From an uncultured Methanosarcinales archaeon (GTDB taxonomy: Archaea > Nanobdellota > Nanobdellia > Woesearchaeales > CALCXY01), in assembly GCA_964385185.1 (NCBI GenBank), contig CAYLOA010000002.1, positions 1 through 64,000 of the forward strand: a stretch of 64,000 bases of DNA. The letters run 5' to 3'. The translations under genes and the position numbers were made by a program. Below are positions 8,847-18,415 of the stretch, piece after piece (positions within the stretch are counted from its first letter, which is position 1; each line of letters starts with the position of its first letter). Below the pieces are notes generated by a model, which saw only the letters and a list, made by a program, of their open reading frames with translations, was not told the origin of the DNA and searched no databases.

Positions 8847-9886
8847 TTTTGTTCTTTAAGATAAATATAACTCATATAACCAAATACAAATTCAAAGATA
8901 TACAGGAAGAATCGTTGAAATCCTGTTACAACAGCTGCAGCTGCTAAAGGTATGCCAAAGGCTCCGTATAATCCAATCATTAAAGCTTCTACCACACCAA
9001 TCCCTCCAGGAGTGAAGGTGAGGAAGTTGATTAATTCTGAAATACTATACACTACCAAGATGGGGAATATTCCTACTTGTAATCCTAAGGCTAAGAATAA
9101 CAGATAGATTTGAAGAACTGCGATTGCCTTCATTATTACATCTATCAATGCGGATTTTATGAGTAGCTTCTTATCATGGAAGAAAAAATTCATCTCTTTA
9201 ACAAAAAGATGGACTTCCTTGAATATGGCGGTGGCGAATGCTCTTGTGCTGTGATATTTTTTTCGAATAGAGTGAAATAATTTAAAATGGTATATGATGG
9301 CTAACACTTCATAAAGGAATTTACTTTTGTGCTCAAATTTGATAATAAGGACTGATGTTATAATTACTATGCTAATGGCTAATAGGAGAGCAAATAGTAG
9401 TGATGCAAAGAGATGCATGGGAAGATCGAAGGAAAATAGGATAAAAAAGGAGACTACTAAAATTAAAGTGTGAAGAATTGCATTTGTTGCAAAGTCAAAC
9501 ATCGTTGTTGACAAATTTAATGCAAAATCTTTTTTGTTAATATTGGATAGGTGGACTGCACGATAGGGTTGGCCACCACATGTTGTGCCAGGGGTGAGTT
9601 GGTTAAACAATCCTCCTGCAAGAAATATGGGAATGAGATCTAGGAATTTAACTTTTTCAATCGTATCTACAGCATATTTCCATTTGAGTACATGAAGATG
9701 ATACATTATCATGTAGAGTAGAAAAACACTGACTAATGCCCAGAGGGGTGTGTTCACAATATTGGTTAGAATCTCTTGAATTCCAATCTTGTAGAATACA
9801 TACAAAAGTAAAGCAGAAGCAAGTGCGATGGATATTATATTGTTGATGATAACTTTCTTTTTGACTTTGTAGCCTACTTTATGCAT
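8843..9886 (-). CDS. lysylphosphatidylglycerol synthase TM / flippase-like (UPF0104) protein
   Basis: N.LTP...GGQP and TPGGIGVVE motifs, multi-TM. Confidence 0.85.
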   Translation of the reverse strand: MHKVGYKVKKKVIINNIISIALASALLLYVFYKIGIQEILTNIVNTPLWALVSVFLLYMIMYHLHVLKWKYAVDTIEKVKFLDLIPIFLAGGLFNQLTPGTTCGGQPYRAVHLSNINKKDFALNLSTTMFDFATNAILHTLILVVSFFILFSFDLPMHLFASLLFALLLAISIVIITSVLIIKFEHKSKFLYEVLAIIYHFKLFHSIRKKYHSTRAFATAIFKEVHLFVKEMNFFFHDKKLLIKSALIDVIMKAIAVLQIYLLFLALGLQVGIFPILVVYSISELINFLTFTPGGIGVVEALMIGLYGAFGIPLAAAAVVTGFQRFFLYIFEFVFGYMSYIYLKEQN

Positions 9887-9973
9887 ACTGGAAATTCGGT
9901 TTCGTATTATATAAATGTTTTCAGTTTACGTTGTACCACAAAATTTAAATAGCAAGCTATTAGAAAATGAAAG

Positions 9974-10474
9974 ATGGAGAGGCAGAAGACTGTAGGATTA
10001 TTGATTGTTGTTCTCATTTTCACATTGGCTGTTTTATTGGATTTTAATGCTGTTGTGCCTGAAGTAGCACCTGTTGTTGAAACACCAGCAGTTATTGAAG
10101 AACCTCCAGAGGTATTAGACCTTGAACCAACTCAGCCTGAAAAAAGAGTAGTCATTCAGATTGTCACTAATAGATTAGAGCCTAAAGTCGTTACTGTTGA
10201 GCCAGGCACCATGGTGGTGTGGATAAATAAAGATAATCGTGCACATAAGTTAGTTTCTAAGGATAGAAGTTTTATTAGTGAAAGGATGGTTCCTGATGAA
10301 GCATTTAGTACGGTATTTAATGAAGTGGGGACGTATGAATATTTTGATGCAAGTTTTAAGTTTATTCAAGGTAAAGTTATTGTGAGTGAAGAGAAAGACA
10401 GTTTCTTGGCAGTTACTGGAGGGGTTGTAGCTTCTCTTGGAATTAGTTTTAGAAAATTCTTTGGATTAGATTAA
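9974..10474 (+). CDS. membrane-anchored cupredoxin-fold protein, apparently lacking Cu ligands
   Basis: P..VTV.PG..V.W.N.D...H and GTYEY...G.VIV. The C-x-x-H-x-x-M ligand loop is replaced by DASFKFIQ. Confidence 0.7.
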   Translation: MERQKTVGLLIVVLIFTLAVLLDFNAVVPEVAPVVETPAVIEEPPEVLDLEPTQPEKRVVIQIVTNRLEPKVVTVEPGTMVVWINKDNRAHKLVSKDRSFISERMVPDEAFSTVFNEVGTYEYFDASFKFIQGKVIVSEEKDSFLAVTGGVVASLGISFRKFFGLD

Positions 10475-11010
10475 GATTCTGTATCTGAACTTCTGAGTAG
10501 TCTCGTAACTTTTTCTACAGGTATTGTATATTTTTCTCCTGCATGAATTATAGGGTCTTTGTTATTGTCCACTTCTAATTTATGTGCTTCTTTAACATAA
10601 TTTACTAATGCATCATCTTCCCAATATCGAAATTCTCTTCCTGCTCTACGGATTAAACTGATGACACCCTCTCCGTTTTGTGCAATTACTTGTTTTGTTG
10701 TATACAATTCTCCATCAACTTTAGCATAGAGTGTTTGGTTATGCCATTTTTCAAAGGGTGCTCTCTCATATTTGGTTTTATTGGGACGTAAAGTAGGGTC
10801 TACCCATTCCACGTAAAGATCAGCAGCTTTTTGGATTTCTTTTGGACGTTTATCTAATTCATTATGTATTGAATTGGAAATTAAGAATGCACATCCAGAG
10901 TAGAAAACTAAATTGATATATTGAATGCAATGATCAAATAAACTCTTAGAGGGATCCCTATAGAATGGATTCAGGAATTGCTTGAAAGGAACTTTTTTCT
11001 TTGGATTCAT
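10471..11010 (-). CDS. hypothetical membrane protein with LysM-like C-terminus
   Basis: One TM segment. GEGVISLI...IIHAGEKYTIP resembles the LysM termini. Confidence 0.5.
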   Translation of the reverse strand: MNPKKKVPFKQFLNPFYRDPSKSLFDHCIQYINLVFYSGCAFLISNSIHNELDKRPKEIQKAADLYVEWVDPTLRPNKTKYERAPFEKWHNQTLYAKVDGELYTTKQVIAQNGEGVISLIRRAGREFRYWEDDALVNYVKEAHKLEVDNNKDPIIHAGEKYTIPVEKVTRLLRSSDTES

Positions 11011-11064
11011 ACATATACTAGAGTATATATTTGATTTATAAAATTATGTATGTGTTAGAAAGAA

Positions 11065-11262
11065 TTACGCTTTTACAACGATTAATTTCTTAACTTTAGC
11101 TTCAGGATTTCTTAAATTTTTGATTGTGTATTCTTTAAAGCCTAATTTTTCAGCATGAGCTTTAGCAGATTCTTCAGATTTGAAAGATTTTGCTCTTTTC
11201 TTTCTAGGAGAACGTTTATTCTGAAGTTCTTTTCCTCTTCGTTGATTTAGTCTATTACTCAT
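11065..11262 (-). CDS. small basic hypothetical protein
   Basis: K/R-rich 65-aa ORF with a TATA-like box upstream. Confidence 0.6.
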   Translation of the reverse strand: MSNRLNQRRGKELQNKRSPRKKRAKSFKSEESAKAHAEKLGFKEYTIKNLRNPEAKVKKLIVVKA

Positions 11263-11350
11263 AGTATATATGATTCTGAGGTTGTATTTAAAGCTTTTGC
11301 CACCAATATCTTTATATATAGGTATTGATAGAAATCATATAGGTGCATTT

Positions 11351-12778
11351 ATGGAAAAAAGAGCTATTCTTCTTTTATTAGCGATTATCTTATTAGCTGG
11401 CTCTGTATCTGCGCTTACGTTTGAAAGTTCTTTAACACCTATTCGTAATAGTATTTTGCTCAATGAGACGGCTGAGTTTGAGTTGACCTTACGAAATGAT
11501 CTTCCTACTATTGAGAATTTTATTATTTTTACAACACAAGTTGAATGGGATTTAGCATCTGTAGAAGAAGGGGGCAGGAATCCAAGGATGTATCCTGAAA
11601 CCAGTCGTATTATAACTCTTAAAGTAAAACCAACAAGTTACATCACACCAGGATATTTTAATGTACCTATCAGTATTAAAAATGTAGATACGGGAGAATT
11701 ACGAACGGTTCCTGCAAATGTTGAGATTAAGAGTACCTCTGGAGCTTCAGGAAGATATTTGCCTGGAGTGCGAACTGAAGTGCATGTAAGTCCTAATGTT
11801 GATCCACGGGAAGAGTTTCCTATTCGAATAAATTTAATTAATCAAAATCCACTTAATATTTCTGCTTTAAGCTTAGAGTTACGAAGTAATATTATTCAGA
11901 AAACCTACGCTACTAAATTGGATCCTTTGGAGACAAAAACTGTTAATTTTAATATTAAGATTGATCCGTTAACACCTCCACAAGATGATATTTTGTATAC
12001 ACGAGTTATTGTGGGACCTCATAAATTTGAACCCGTACCTCAAGCGTTTACTATTATTGCTTATGGAGCTGTTAAGGAAAATATTGAAACCAAAAGAGGA
12101 TTTTTCCAGACTACTAAAGTTGTTGTTTTAGAAAATGAAGGAAATGCTTTTCAGGATTATACCTATAGAATTCCTGCAGGCCTCATTAGTAATATTTTTA
12201 CTCGATCCAGTCCTCGAGGGACAAAAGTGTTATTTGATGGTAAAAAGCATCTTGCTTGGGAGACTCAGATTGGTCCTGGAGAGAGTTCTGAATTAAGAAT
12301 TATGACTAATTATCAGTATTTGATTATTGCTTTGGTTCTGGTTCTGTTATCTTTGGTGGGTTATTATATTTACAGAAGTCCTTTACTCATTGAGAAATCA
12401 GCTGTGATTTTAGGTAGAAAACATGGTGGGATTAGCATGATGAGTGTACGGATGAATGTTGTGAATCGTTCAAAATACAATGTACATGATGTGAAAATCA
12501 CCGATAGATTGCCTAATTTAGTTGACTTGAAAAAGGAGTTTGAAGAAGGTACTTTACGTCCTAGTTCTATCCTGAAGCATGATAAGAAAGGAACCATCAT
12601 GAAATGGCATGTTGCCACTTTAGAGCCTGGAGAGGAGAGAATTATCCATTACAAGGTTGTTACACGACTTAGTATTCTTGGTAGTTTAACATTACCTGTT
12701 ACTGTTGCTCGGTTTAAGTATGGAGAGAATGGCCGAGAGAGAGTAGTTGGCAGTAATAGATTGAATATTAGAGCTTAA
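11351..12778 (+). CDS. secreted/membrane Ig-like (DUF11/CARDB-type) surface protein
   Basis: Signal peptide, beta-rich domains, one TM, C-terminal I.D.LP...W....L.PGE...I.Y motif. Confidence 0.7.
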   Translation: MEKRAILLLLAIILLAGSVSALTFESSLTPIRNSILLNETAEFELTLRNDLPTIENFIIFTTQVEWDLASVEEGGRNPRMYPETSRIITLKVKPTSYITPGYFNVPISIKNVDTGELRTVPANVEIKSTSGASGRYLPGVRTEVHVSPNVDPREEFPIRINLINQNPLNISALSLELRSNIIQKTYATKLDPLETKTVNFNIKIDPLTPPQDDILYTRVIVGPHKFEPVPQAFTIIAYGAVKENIETKRGFFQTTKVVVLENEGNAFQDYTYRIPAGLISNIFTRSSPRGTKVLFDGKKHLAWETQIGPGESSELRIMTNYQYLIIALVLVLLSLVGYYIYRSPLLIEKSAVILGRKHGGISMMSVRMNVVNRSKYNVHDVKITDRLPNLVDLKKEFEEGTLRPSSILKHDKKGTIMKWHVATLEPGEERIIHYKVVTRLSILGSLTLPVTVARFKYGENGRERVVGSNRLNIRA

Positions 12779-13494
12779 GTTCTTGGACAGACTGAATACA
12801 TACCCTCTTCAACTGTCTGTTTGTGGTCTCGATTACTAAACGTTAATTGATCTAATACATTGAGTACATCTCCATGTAGTAAAAATGATTTAGCAGCAGC
12901 TTGCGGAGAATGGTTTATTTTTCTGTTTGTAAATGCTCCAGACCACATTTTTACTTCTCCTTTTTCTGTTATACAGTAATTAGTTTTATTGCATAAACCT
13001 GCAAAGTAAATTGGAGAATTAGCTGTATGACCTAGAAGTATTCCTAATTTGAAATATGTTTGGTCCTTTTCAGTTTCACTAGCACCTCTGAGAAATGGAA
13101 TCAATTCTCTTTTTCTATTTTGTCTTATTCTATATTTATTCCCTCCAATTACTGCATACCCCATCGCTGGAATTCCTATGCCCATAAATCCTGGTAGCAT
13201 ATAGGGTAATTCCTCCTCCCATGATTGATATTTAGGAAGCAATCTCCAGTCAAATTGTTCAGTATTTTTATCTTCAGATCTTAATAGATACATGGGGATT
13301 TGGTAGGTGTGTCCTTCAAACTCAATGGATTCGATACTTTTTTCTTTAATTGGGTGTTCTTCTTCAAACCTTTCTCTAAGTTCTATTCGATCTACAATTG
13401 CTTCTGGAGGAATATTAATATCACTAGGGACTATTGTACTATCATCTATTGTATCCACAAATCCAAAAAAAATTCTACTAAGTGTTTCTAACAT
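12775..13494 (-). CDS. hypothetical protein
   Basis: 239-aa ORF, no motif recognised. Confidence 0.55.
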   Translation of the reverse strand: MLETLSRIFFGFVDTIDDSTIVPSDINIPPEAIVDRIELRERFEEEHPIKEKSIESIEFEGHTYQIPMYLLRSEDKNTEQFDWRLLPKYQSWEEELPYMLPGFMGIGIPAMGYAVIGGNKYRIRQNRKRELIPFLRGASETEKDQTYFKLGILLGHTANSPIYFAGLCNKTNYCITEKGEVKMWSGAFTNRKINHSPQAAAKSFLLHGDVLNVLDQLTFSNRDHKQTVEEGMYSVCPRT

Positions 13495-13545
13495 ACAAAT
13501 AATGAGTATATAGCTCTTTAAAAATATATGTTTTAGTATATAGGT

Positions 13546-13956
13546 TTACAGTCCGAGAACTTCGTCAATTTCTTTAGCAATTCCTTTTAATTCTTCTGTG
13601 GTTTTGTTAATATCTTTCTGGAGTTCTGTAATTAAGATCTGGAGGTTTTCTACTCTCATTATGTATTTACCGTTTTTATTGATAACAATACCAGCGTCTA
13701 TAAGTTTGTGTAGATGGTGGACAACAGTACCTCTTGTTAATTTTAGTTTGGTTGCTAAATCGTCACTGGAGATGGGAATTTTTCTTTTTGCAGCTTTTAA
13801 TAATTCTAGGAAAAGTCTAAATGTAGATTTATCTTTATCTCTTAAGTTGAATAAACCTAATGATGACCCTAGCCATTGTAATTGTTCATTAAGATCCTTA
13901 GCTTCAGGTCTATTTCTTTTAATTATTGTTATTTTTTGAAATGATTTTATGATCAT
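13546..13956 (-). CDS. winged-helix transcription regulator (ArsR/TrmB-like)
   Basis: SSDDLA..L.LTRGTVVHHL.KL..AG.V plus coiled C-terminus. Confidence 0.8.
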   Translation of the reverse strand: MIIKSFQKITIIKRNRPEAKDLNEQLQWLGSSLGLFNLRDKDKSTFRLFLELLKAAKRKIPISSDDLATKLKLTRGTVVHHLHKLIDAGIVINKNGKYIMRVENLQILITELQKDINKTTEELKGIAKEIDEVLGL

Positions 13957-14050
13957 AGAGGTGATTAATTGTTTATTTGTTATTAATGTTTTGATTTTGG
14001 GATTTTTTTTGTTAATAACATTTATATAATGGTATTCTAGAAAAGATGAT

Positions 14051-15055
14051 ATGAAAATTGGTGTGTTTGGTGCTGAAGCGTGGGATAAACCTTTTTTGAA
14101 GAAACATTTGAAAAAGCATTCTTTAGTGTTTTCTCACGAAGGATTAAATGAATTAACAGTCGATGAATTTAAGAATATTGAAGTTGCCTGTGTATTTGTA
14201 GGATCCCATGTAACGTCTAAAGTTATATCTAAGTTGAAAAAATTAAAGTTTATTGCTACAAGAAGTACAGGGTTTGATCATATAGATCTGAAAGCATGTG
14301 GTAAGCGGAAGATTAAGGTTGCCAATGTTCCTTTCTATGGAGAGAATACCGTCGCTGAGCATGCGTTTGCTTTGTTATTGAATTTATCTCGTAATGTCCA
14401 TAAAAGTTATATCAATACCATTTCTGATAATTATACTTGGGATGGATTGATGGGTTTTGATCTTAAAGGGAAAACACTAGGAGTTTTAGGTGCAGGACAT
14501 ATCGGATTACATATTATCCGGATAGCCGAAGGGTTTGGGATGAAAGTGCTTGCTTTTGACGTTAATCCTAATAATTTTCTTTCTGAGGAGATGAATTTTG
14601 AATATCGAGATACTGTTGAAGAGGTTCTGAAAGAATCTGATATTGTAACCTTACATATGCCTTCATTACCTTCTACACATCATATTATTAACGCTAGGCG
14701 GATTTCATTGATGAAGAAAGGTGCGATTATATTGAATACCGCTCGAGGAGAATTGATTGATACTAATGCTCTGTATAATGCTCTGAAATCTGGGAAATTG
14801 GGTGGGGCTGGGTTGGATGTTATCGAGGGTGAAGATTTGATTAAGATGGATCCTACGTTGTTGAAAAAAGAGAAGGCTGAACGGTTGGTTTTATTACATA
14901 AAGAACATAAGTTATTTCATCTTCCTAATGTTGTTTTTACCCCTCATATTGCGTTCTTTTCACAAGAGGCTATTGATCGAATTTTACAAGCTACAGTGGA
15001 TAATATTGAAGCATTTAGTTCTAAGAAAGAATTGATTAATGAAGTAAAGTTATAG
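14051..15055 (+). CDS. D-2-hydroxyacid dehydrogenase (D-lactate dehydrogenase-like)
   Basis: RSTGFDHID, VAEH, GAGHIG, NTARG, LDV.EGE and TPHIAF motifs. Confidence 0.92.
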   Translation: MKIGVFGAEAWDKPFLKKHLKKHSLVFSHEGLNELTVDEFKNIEVACVFVGSHVTSKVISKLKKLKFIATRSTGFDHIDLKACGKRKIKVANVPFYGENTVAEHAFALLLNLSRNVHKSYINTISDNYTWDGLMGFDLKGKTLGVLGAGHIGLHIIRIAEGFGMKVLAFDVNPNNFLSEEMNFEYRDTVEEVLKESDIVTLHMPSLPSTHHIINARRISLMKKGAIILNTARGELIDTNALYNALKSGKLGGAGLDVIEGEDLIKMDPTLLKKEKAERLVLLHKEHKLFHLPNVVFTPHIAFFSQEAIDRILQATVDNIEAFSSKKELINEVKL

Positions 15056-15123
15056 AATTATTTCGTATTTTTGATGAATAGTATATTGGTAAATTTATAT
15101 AAGAACCAATTTTCTATACAGCT

Positions 15124-15399
15124 ATGAGAGACTACATTAAAAGGTCATTTTATCAAGGTATTGGGTCAGTAGACCATGCAGTAGGTGCTACTCTTGATCA
15201 ATTTTATGATCCTGATTCTGCTACTCGGAGGACTATTCGAGCAATTCCTTTGGCTTTAGCGATTGCATGTCTGACGTATATGGTAAGACAAAGTTATTCT
15301 CCTACACATAACTCCAAAGTTAAATCTGTTTCTCCTATAAAACAAGAGAAGAAAGAAACTCCTAAAAGAGAAAGGGGACCTAGAATTAGGTATGCTTAG
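15124..15399 (+). CDS. small hypothetical membrane protein
   Basis: One TM segment, TATA upstream. Confidence 0.45.
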   Translation: MRDYIKRSFYQGIGSVDHAVGATLDQFYDPDSATRRTIRAIPLALAIACLTYMVRQSYSPTHNSKVKSVSPIKQEKKETPKRERGPRIRYA

Positions 15400-15787
15400 T
15401 TACTACACCTGTATTTCCATCAATTTCTACACTGTCTCCATCTTTTAATGAAGTAGTTGCGTTTCCACAACCTACTATACATGGTTTGTTCATTTCTCTT
15501 GCAACTATTGCAGCGTGAGAGGTAATTCCACCTTCATCGGTGATGAAAGCAATTGCTTTTTTCATGGCTGGGATGTATTCAGGATTTTTTTCAAATTCTT
15601 TAAGAAAATATACTTCAGCTTTTTCTAATGTGTTTTCTGTACAAAATGAACTGAACCAGCCATCTTTTCCTTCTCCTTTTGTTTCTATGAATATATGTAG
15701 GTCCTCTTGAATCCATTCTCTGAGTCCGATTAAGGCGGAAACTCCATAGAATAGGGAGTATTCACGCTTCCAAGCTAATTCTAACAT
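15386..15787 (-). CDS. short PEP-utilising enzyme mobile (phosphohistidine) domain protein, possibly internally deleted
   Basis: TDEGGITSHAAIVAREMNKPCIVG and DG..VEIDG..G.V motifs. Only 133 aa. Confidence 0.8.
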   Translation of the reverse strand: MLELAWKREYSLFYGVSALIGLREWIQEDLHIFIETKGEGKDGWFSSFCTENTLEKAEVYFLKEFEKNPEYIPAMKKAIAFITDEGGITSHAAIVAREMNKPCIVGCGNATTSLKDGDSVEIDGNTGVVTKHT

Positions 15788-15823
15788 AGAATGGGTAATA
15801 TAATTAGTTATTTAATAGTTTAG

Positions 15824-16852
15824 TTATTTGTATTTTCTATTTGCACCATATTTGAATAATTTCTCTAAGTTATCTTGTTCAACAATCATTTGTCCGAGAT
15901 CAGTTACCATATCCCCTCCCATTGCTCTGATGAGATTTTCTCCGAGTGGATTTTTAACTTCAATCCCTGTTGGATCTGATTTAGCAGCAAGATCACCAGG
16001 ATTGTTTTTTACTGATTCCATTTTGTAACCATCATGTAACACTCTTAATTCATTAATATAATCAGGACCGTCTACTATAACATAATTTACTACTTTATGA
16101 CCAATGTGTAGCTGGACTCCTTTGAATACATCTTCTCCTTCTTTTACACGTTCAAAATATACTTCAAAATCTTTATAGGTATCTTCAAATTCAATTCCAA
16201 AATTTGATTCCCTCTTTCCTTTTACTATCTTACTTCCTATGGGTAACCATGATAATGCATGAGGGCCTAGATCTGCTTTGACTATTTCATATATATCTTC
16301 GAGTTTACCGACTGAGCTCCACCAAGCTTTTACCCGATGAGAATTTCTATATGTTTCTAGTACCTCAGTACCCGGCATTTGTTCTCTTATAAGTGCTACA
16401 GGGAGTTCAAGCCCAATATCATGATATTGGGTACCTGCTTGAATTTCTTTTAAAAAATCGGAAACAACAAGCCCTCCTGTTGGTGAGCCAGATGGCTTTT
16501 CCAGGATAGTAGGAGCTCGAAGTGCACAATCTTTAAGATATTCACATTGAACAGCATAGGGTACTGCAGATGTAATGAGTTTGATATCATCATGTCTTAG
16601 TTCTTGAAATAGATGTTCTAAGTCATTAGGTTTTTTGACAGTATGTCCACTAATTGAAGGGTATTCAAAATCAAAGGTGGAAACAGTTTTACCAAATCTA
16701 TCCATTGTACTTTGATAGGATTCAGGAGAGGTTGTTGTAAATGCAATATGGTCTGGAGCTAATCGTGGGTGTGTTTTACTTAGTTTTGCAATATTTACAA
16801 GATGATGGTATCCAAATCCACTTGCTCCAAGAACGATTACAGTTGTGTCCAT
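15824..16852 (-). CDS. Rossmann-fold protein, distant Gfo/Idh/MocA oxidoreductase-like
   Basis: VIVLGASGFG, ILEKP and DLGPH motifs. Confidence 0.55.
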   Translation of the reverse strand: MDTTVIVLGASGFGYHHLVNIAKLSKTHPRLAPDHIAFTTTSPESYQSTMDRFGKTVSTFDFEYPSISGHTVKKPNDLEHLFQELRHDDIKLITSAVPYAVQCEYLKDCALRAPTILEKPSGSPTGGLVVSDFLKEIQAGTQYHDIGLELPVALIREQMPGTEVLETYRNSHRVKAWWSSVGKLEDIYEIVKADLGPHALSWLPIGSKIVKGKRESNFGIEFEDTYKDFEVYFERVKEGEDVFKGVQLHIGHKVVNYVIVDGPDYINELRVLHDGYKMESVKNNPGDLAAKSDPTGIEVKNPLGENLIRAMGGDMVTDLGQMIVEQDNLEKLFKYGANRKYK

Positions 16853-16899
16853 AGGCGATATGATTATCTTACAGTTTAAAAGTAATTATATTGTAGAAA

Positions 16900-17268
16900 C
16901 TATATTTCGACAAATTCAACATGATCCATATTTTTGAATTTAGTGTCTGAGGTGAGAAATTTTATTCCAAGAGTTTTTGCCATTTCATATCCGATACAAT
17001 CTGTGTAGGATAACTTGTCTTTTTTTCTATGGAGTTTTAGATAGGATGCTTTTTCTATACTTTTTACGGTTAGAGGGGTAATAAACTGTAACCAAAAGAA
17101 CATACACCTTCGAGCAAACTCTTTTTTATTCGTTTTTATAAATAAATGATGGAGTTCCTGGACATTTTGCTCAGTAGTGAAAATAATATCATCTGTATAT
17201 TTCTTGTAATTTTTTTCACCCCTCATAATACCTGCTAAAGCACATGTATCGCCTAGATACTTAATCAT
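16900..17268 (-). CDS. vapC: PIN-domain VapC-type toxin
   Basis: DT.A, E, LSYTDC and LTSD..F acidic PIN residues. Confidence 0.82.
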   Translation of the reverse strand: MIKYLGDTCALAGIMRGEKNYKKYTDDIIFTTEQNVQELHHLFIKTNKKEFARRCMFFWLQFITPLTVKSIEKASYLKLHRKKDKLSYTDCIGYEMAKTLGIKFLTSDTKFKNMDHVEFVEI

Positions 17269-17479
17269 ACCCTTCATCGATGATGGCATTGATTTCCTCC
17301 ATACTCATTCCATCGTTTGGAATAGTGCCAAACACATCTCTTAAGGTTAGATCTTTTTTTCTGATGAACACTTCGATTGGTTCATCTTCTTTTATGTGTT
17401 CTGCTTCAATAATTTTTTTAGGGATGGTAACTCCATAGGAATTTCCCCATTGTCTTGGTTTTGCTGTGAAAGTTTGCAT
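17261..17479 (-). CDS. AbrB/MazE-type antitoxin
   Basis: RQWGNSYGVTIPK motif. Overlaps the PIN gene. Confidence 0.85.
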   Translation of the reverse strand: MQTFTAKPRQWGNSYGVTIPKKIIEAEHIKEDEPIEVFIRKKDLTLRDVFGTIPNDGMSMEEINAIIDEGYD

Positions 17480-17595
17480 TGTTATCACCTTATGTATGTA
17501 TAATTTAATTATATTTAATAGTTTCTATTAATTTTTTTATTTTCTATATGGTAATATTATTGAATTACTTGTTTTTAGAGTATAATTACGAAACC

Positions 17596-17646
17596 TTTAT
17601 ATATAAGTACGTTTATCTAAGGTAAACGGTTGATTTAAGGTAAACA
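17596..17646 (+). promoter_or_regulatory. hsp20 TATA box followed by two tandem 18-bp quasi-palindromic operator-like sites
   Basis: TTTATATA, then GTTTATCTAAGGTAAACG (17611-17628) and GTTGATTTAAGGTAAACA (17629-17646). Confidence 0.6.
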
Positions 17647-17684
17647 AGACCTAAAATCACTAAAAGGGTGCTCGGAGCGAAAAA

Positions 17685-18116
17685 ATGAGAGATGTATTTA
17701 ATGAAATGGAAAAAATGCAGTATATGCTAGAAAGAGCATTTAATGAAGGGTATGGACAAACACATGTTGCTCCTACTAAACAATGTATGCCTGCAAGATC
17801 AGCTTTGGCTGATATGAATCAAACAGATACTGCAGTTAAAGCTAACTTTGAAATGCCAGGTGTCAATAAAAAAGACATTAAAATTAATGTCACAGACAAG
17901 GCAATTGAAGTGAAAGCTTATAAATCTGATATTAAAGATATTAAAACTAACGATAAAGAAACTAAAAGCTGTAAAAGTATAAAATTTTACAGAAGATTAG
18001 CATTACCTGCTCGGGTTAATCCTGATATGGTAACTGCTAAGTATGAAAACGGCATCCTCCGTGTCGAAATGCCTAAAGCAGAAATTGCTAAACGGAAAGA
18101 AATTGCAATTGAGTAA
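17685..18116 (+). CDS. small heat shock protein (Hsp20/alpha-crystallin)
   Basis: EMPGV.K.DI.I, F.R...LP and A.YENGIL.V.MPK motifs, C-terminal IxI. Confidence 0.92.
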   Translation: MRDVFNEMEKMQYMLERAFNEGYGQTHVAPTKQCMPARSALADMNQTDTAVKANFEMPGVNKKDIKINVTDKAIEVKAYKSDIKDIKTNDKETKSCKSIKFYRRLALPARVNPDMVTAKYENGILRVEMPKAEIAKRKEIAIE

Positions 18117-18120
18117 CTAT

Positions 18121-18314
18121 TAATTTGACGACAATAAGCCCACCACCACTACTACTGGCTCACACAGTGAGCAGTAGTGATGGTGGGAATTGAGTCTTAT
18201 TATTTGACAGAACTGGGCGTTGCCTTTACATTTCCACTTAATGGGTGGAAATGTAGATAGGCAGGTGCTCTGTGAGCACCACCAAGCCCAGTTGTGTCTT
18301 ATGTTACTCAAATT
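18121..18314. ncRNA. highly structured intergenic RNA candidate between hsp20 and grpE
   Basis: Long hairpin at 18139-18187 and a three-way junction at 18206-18298. GC-richer than its flanks. Confidence 0.55.
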
Positions 18315-18415
18315 GAATTGAATTGAATTAACACAACTATTAAAAACACAAACTTACCGTAATAAACCTTGGGTTTTGAGCACCTCTTTTCCTGGGGTTT
18401 ATTACTTATGATACT

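Noticed and set aside
16900..17479. Toxin-antitoxin pair as a marker of a mobile element
   Set aside because: No integrase, transposase or flanking repeats were seen. Stand-alone vapBC loci are common in archaea.
18121..18314. RNase P RNA, SRP RNA or the 63-aa minus-strand ORF
   Set aside because: No GAGGAAAGUCC or SRP helix-8 motif was found on either strand. The ORF looks like a by-product of the inverted repeats.
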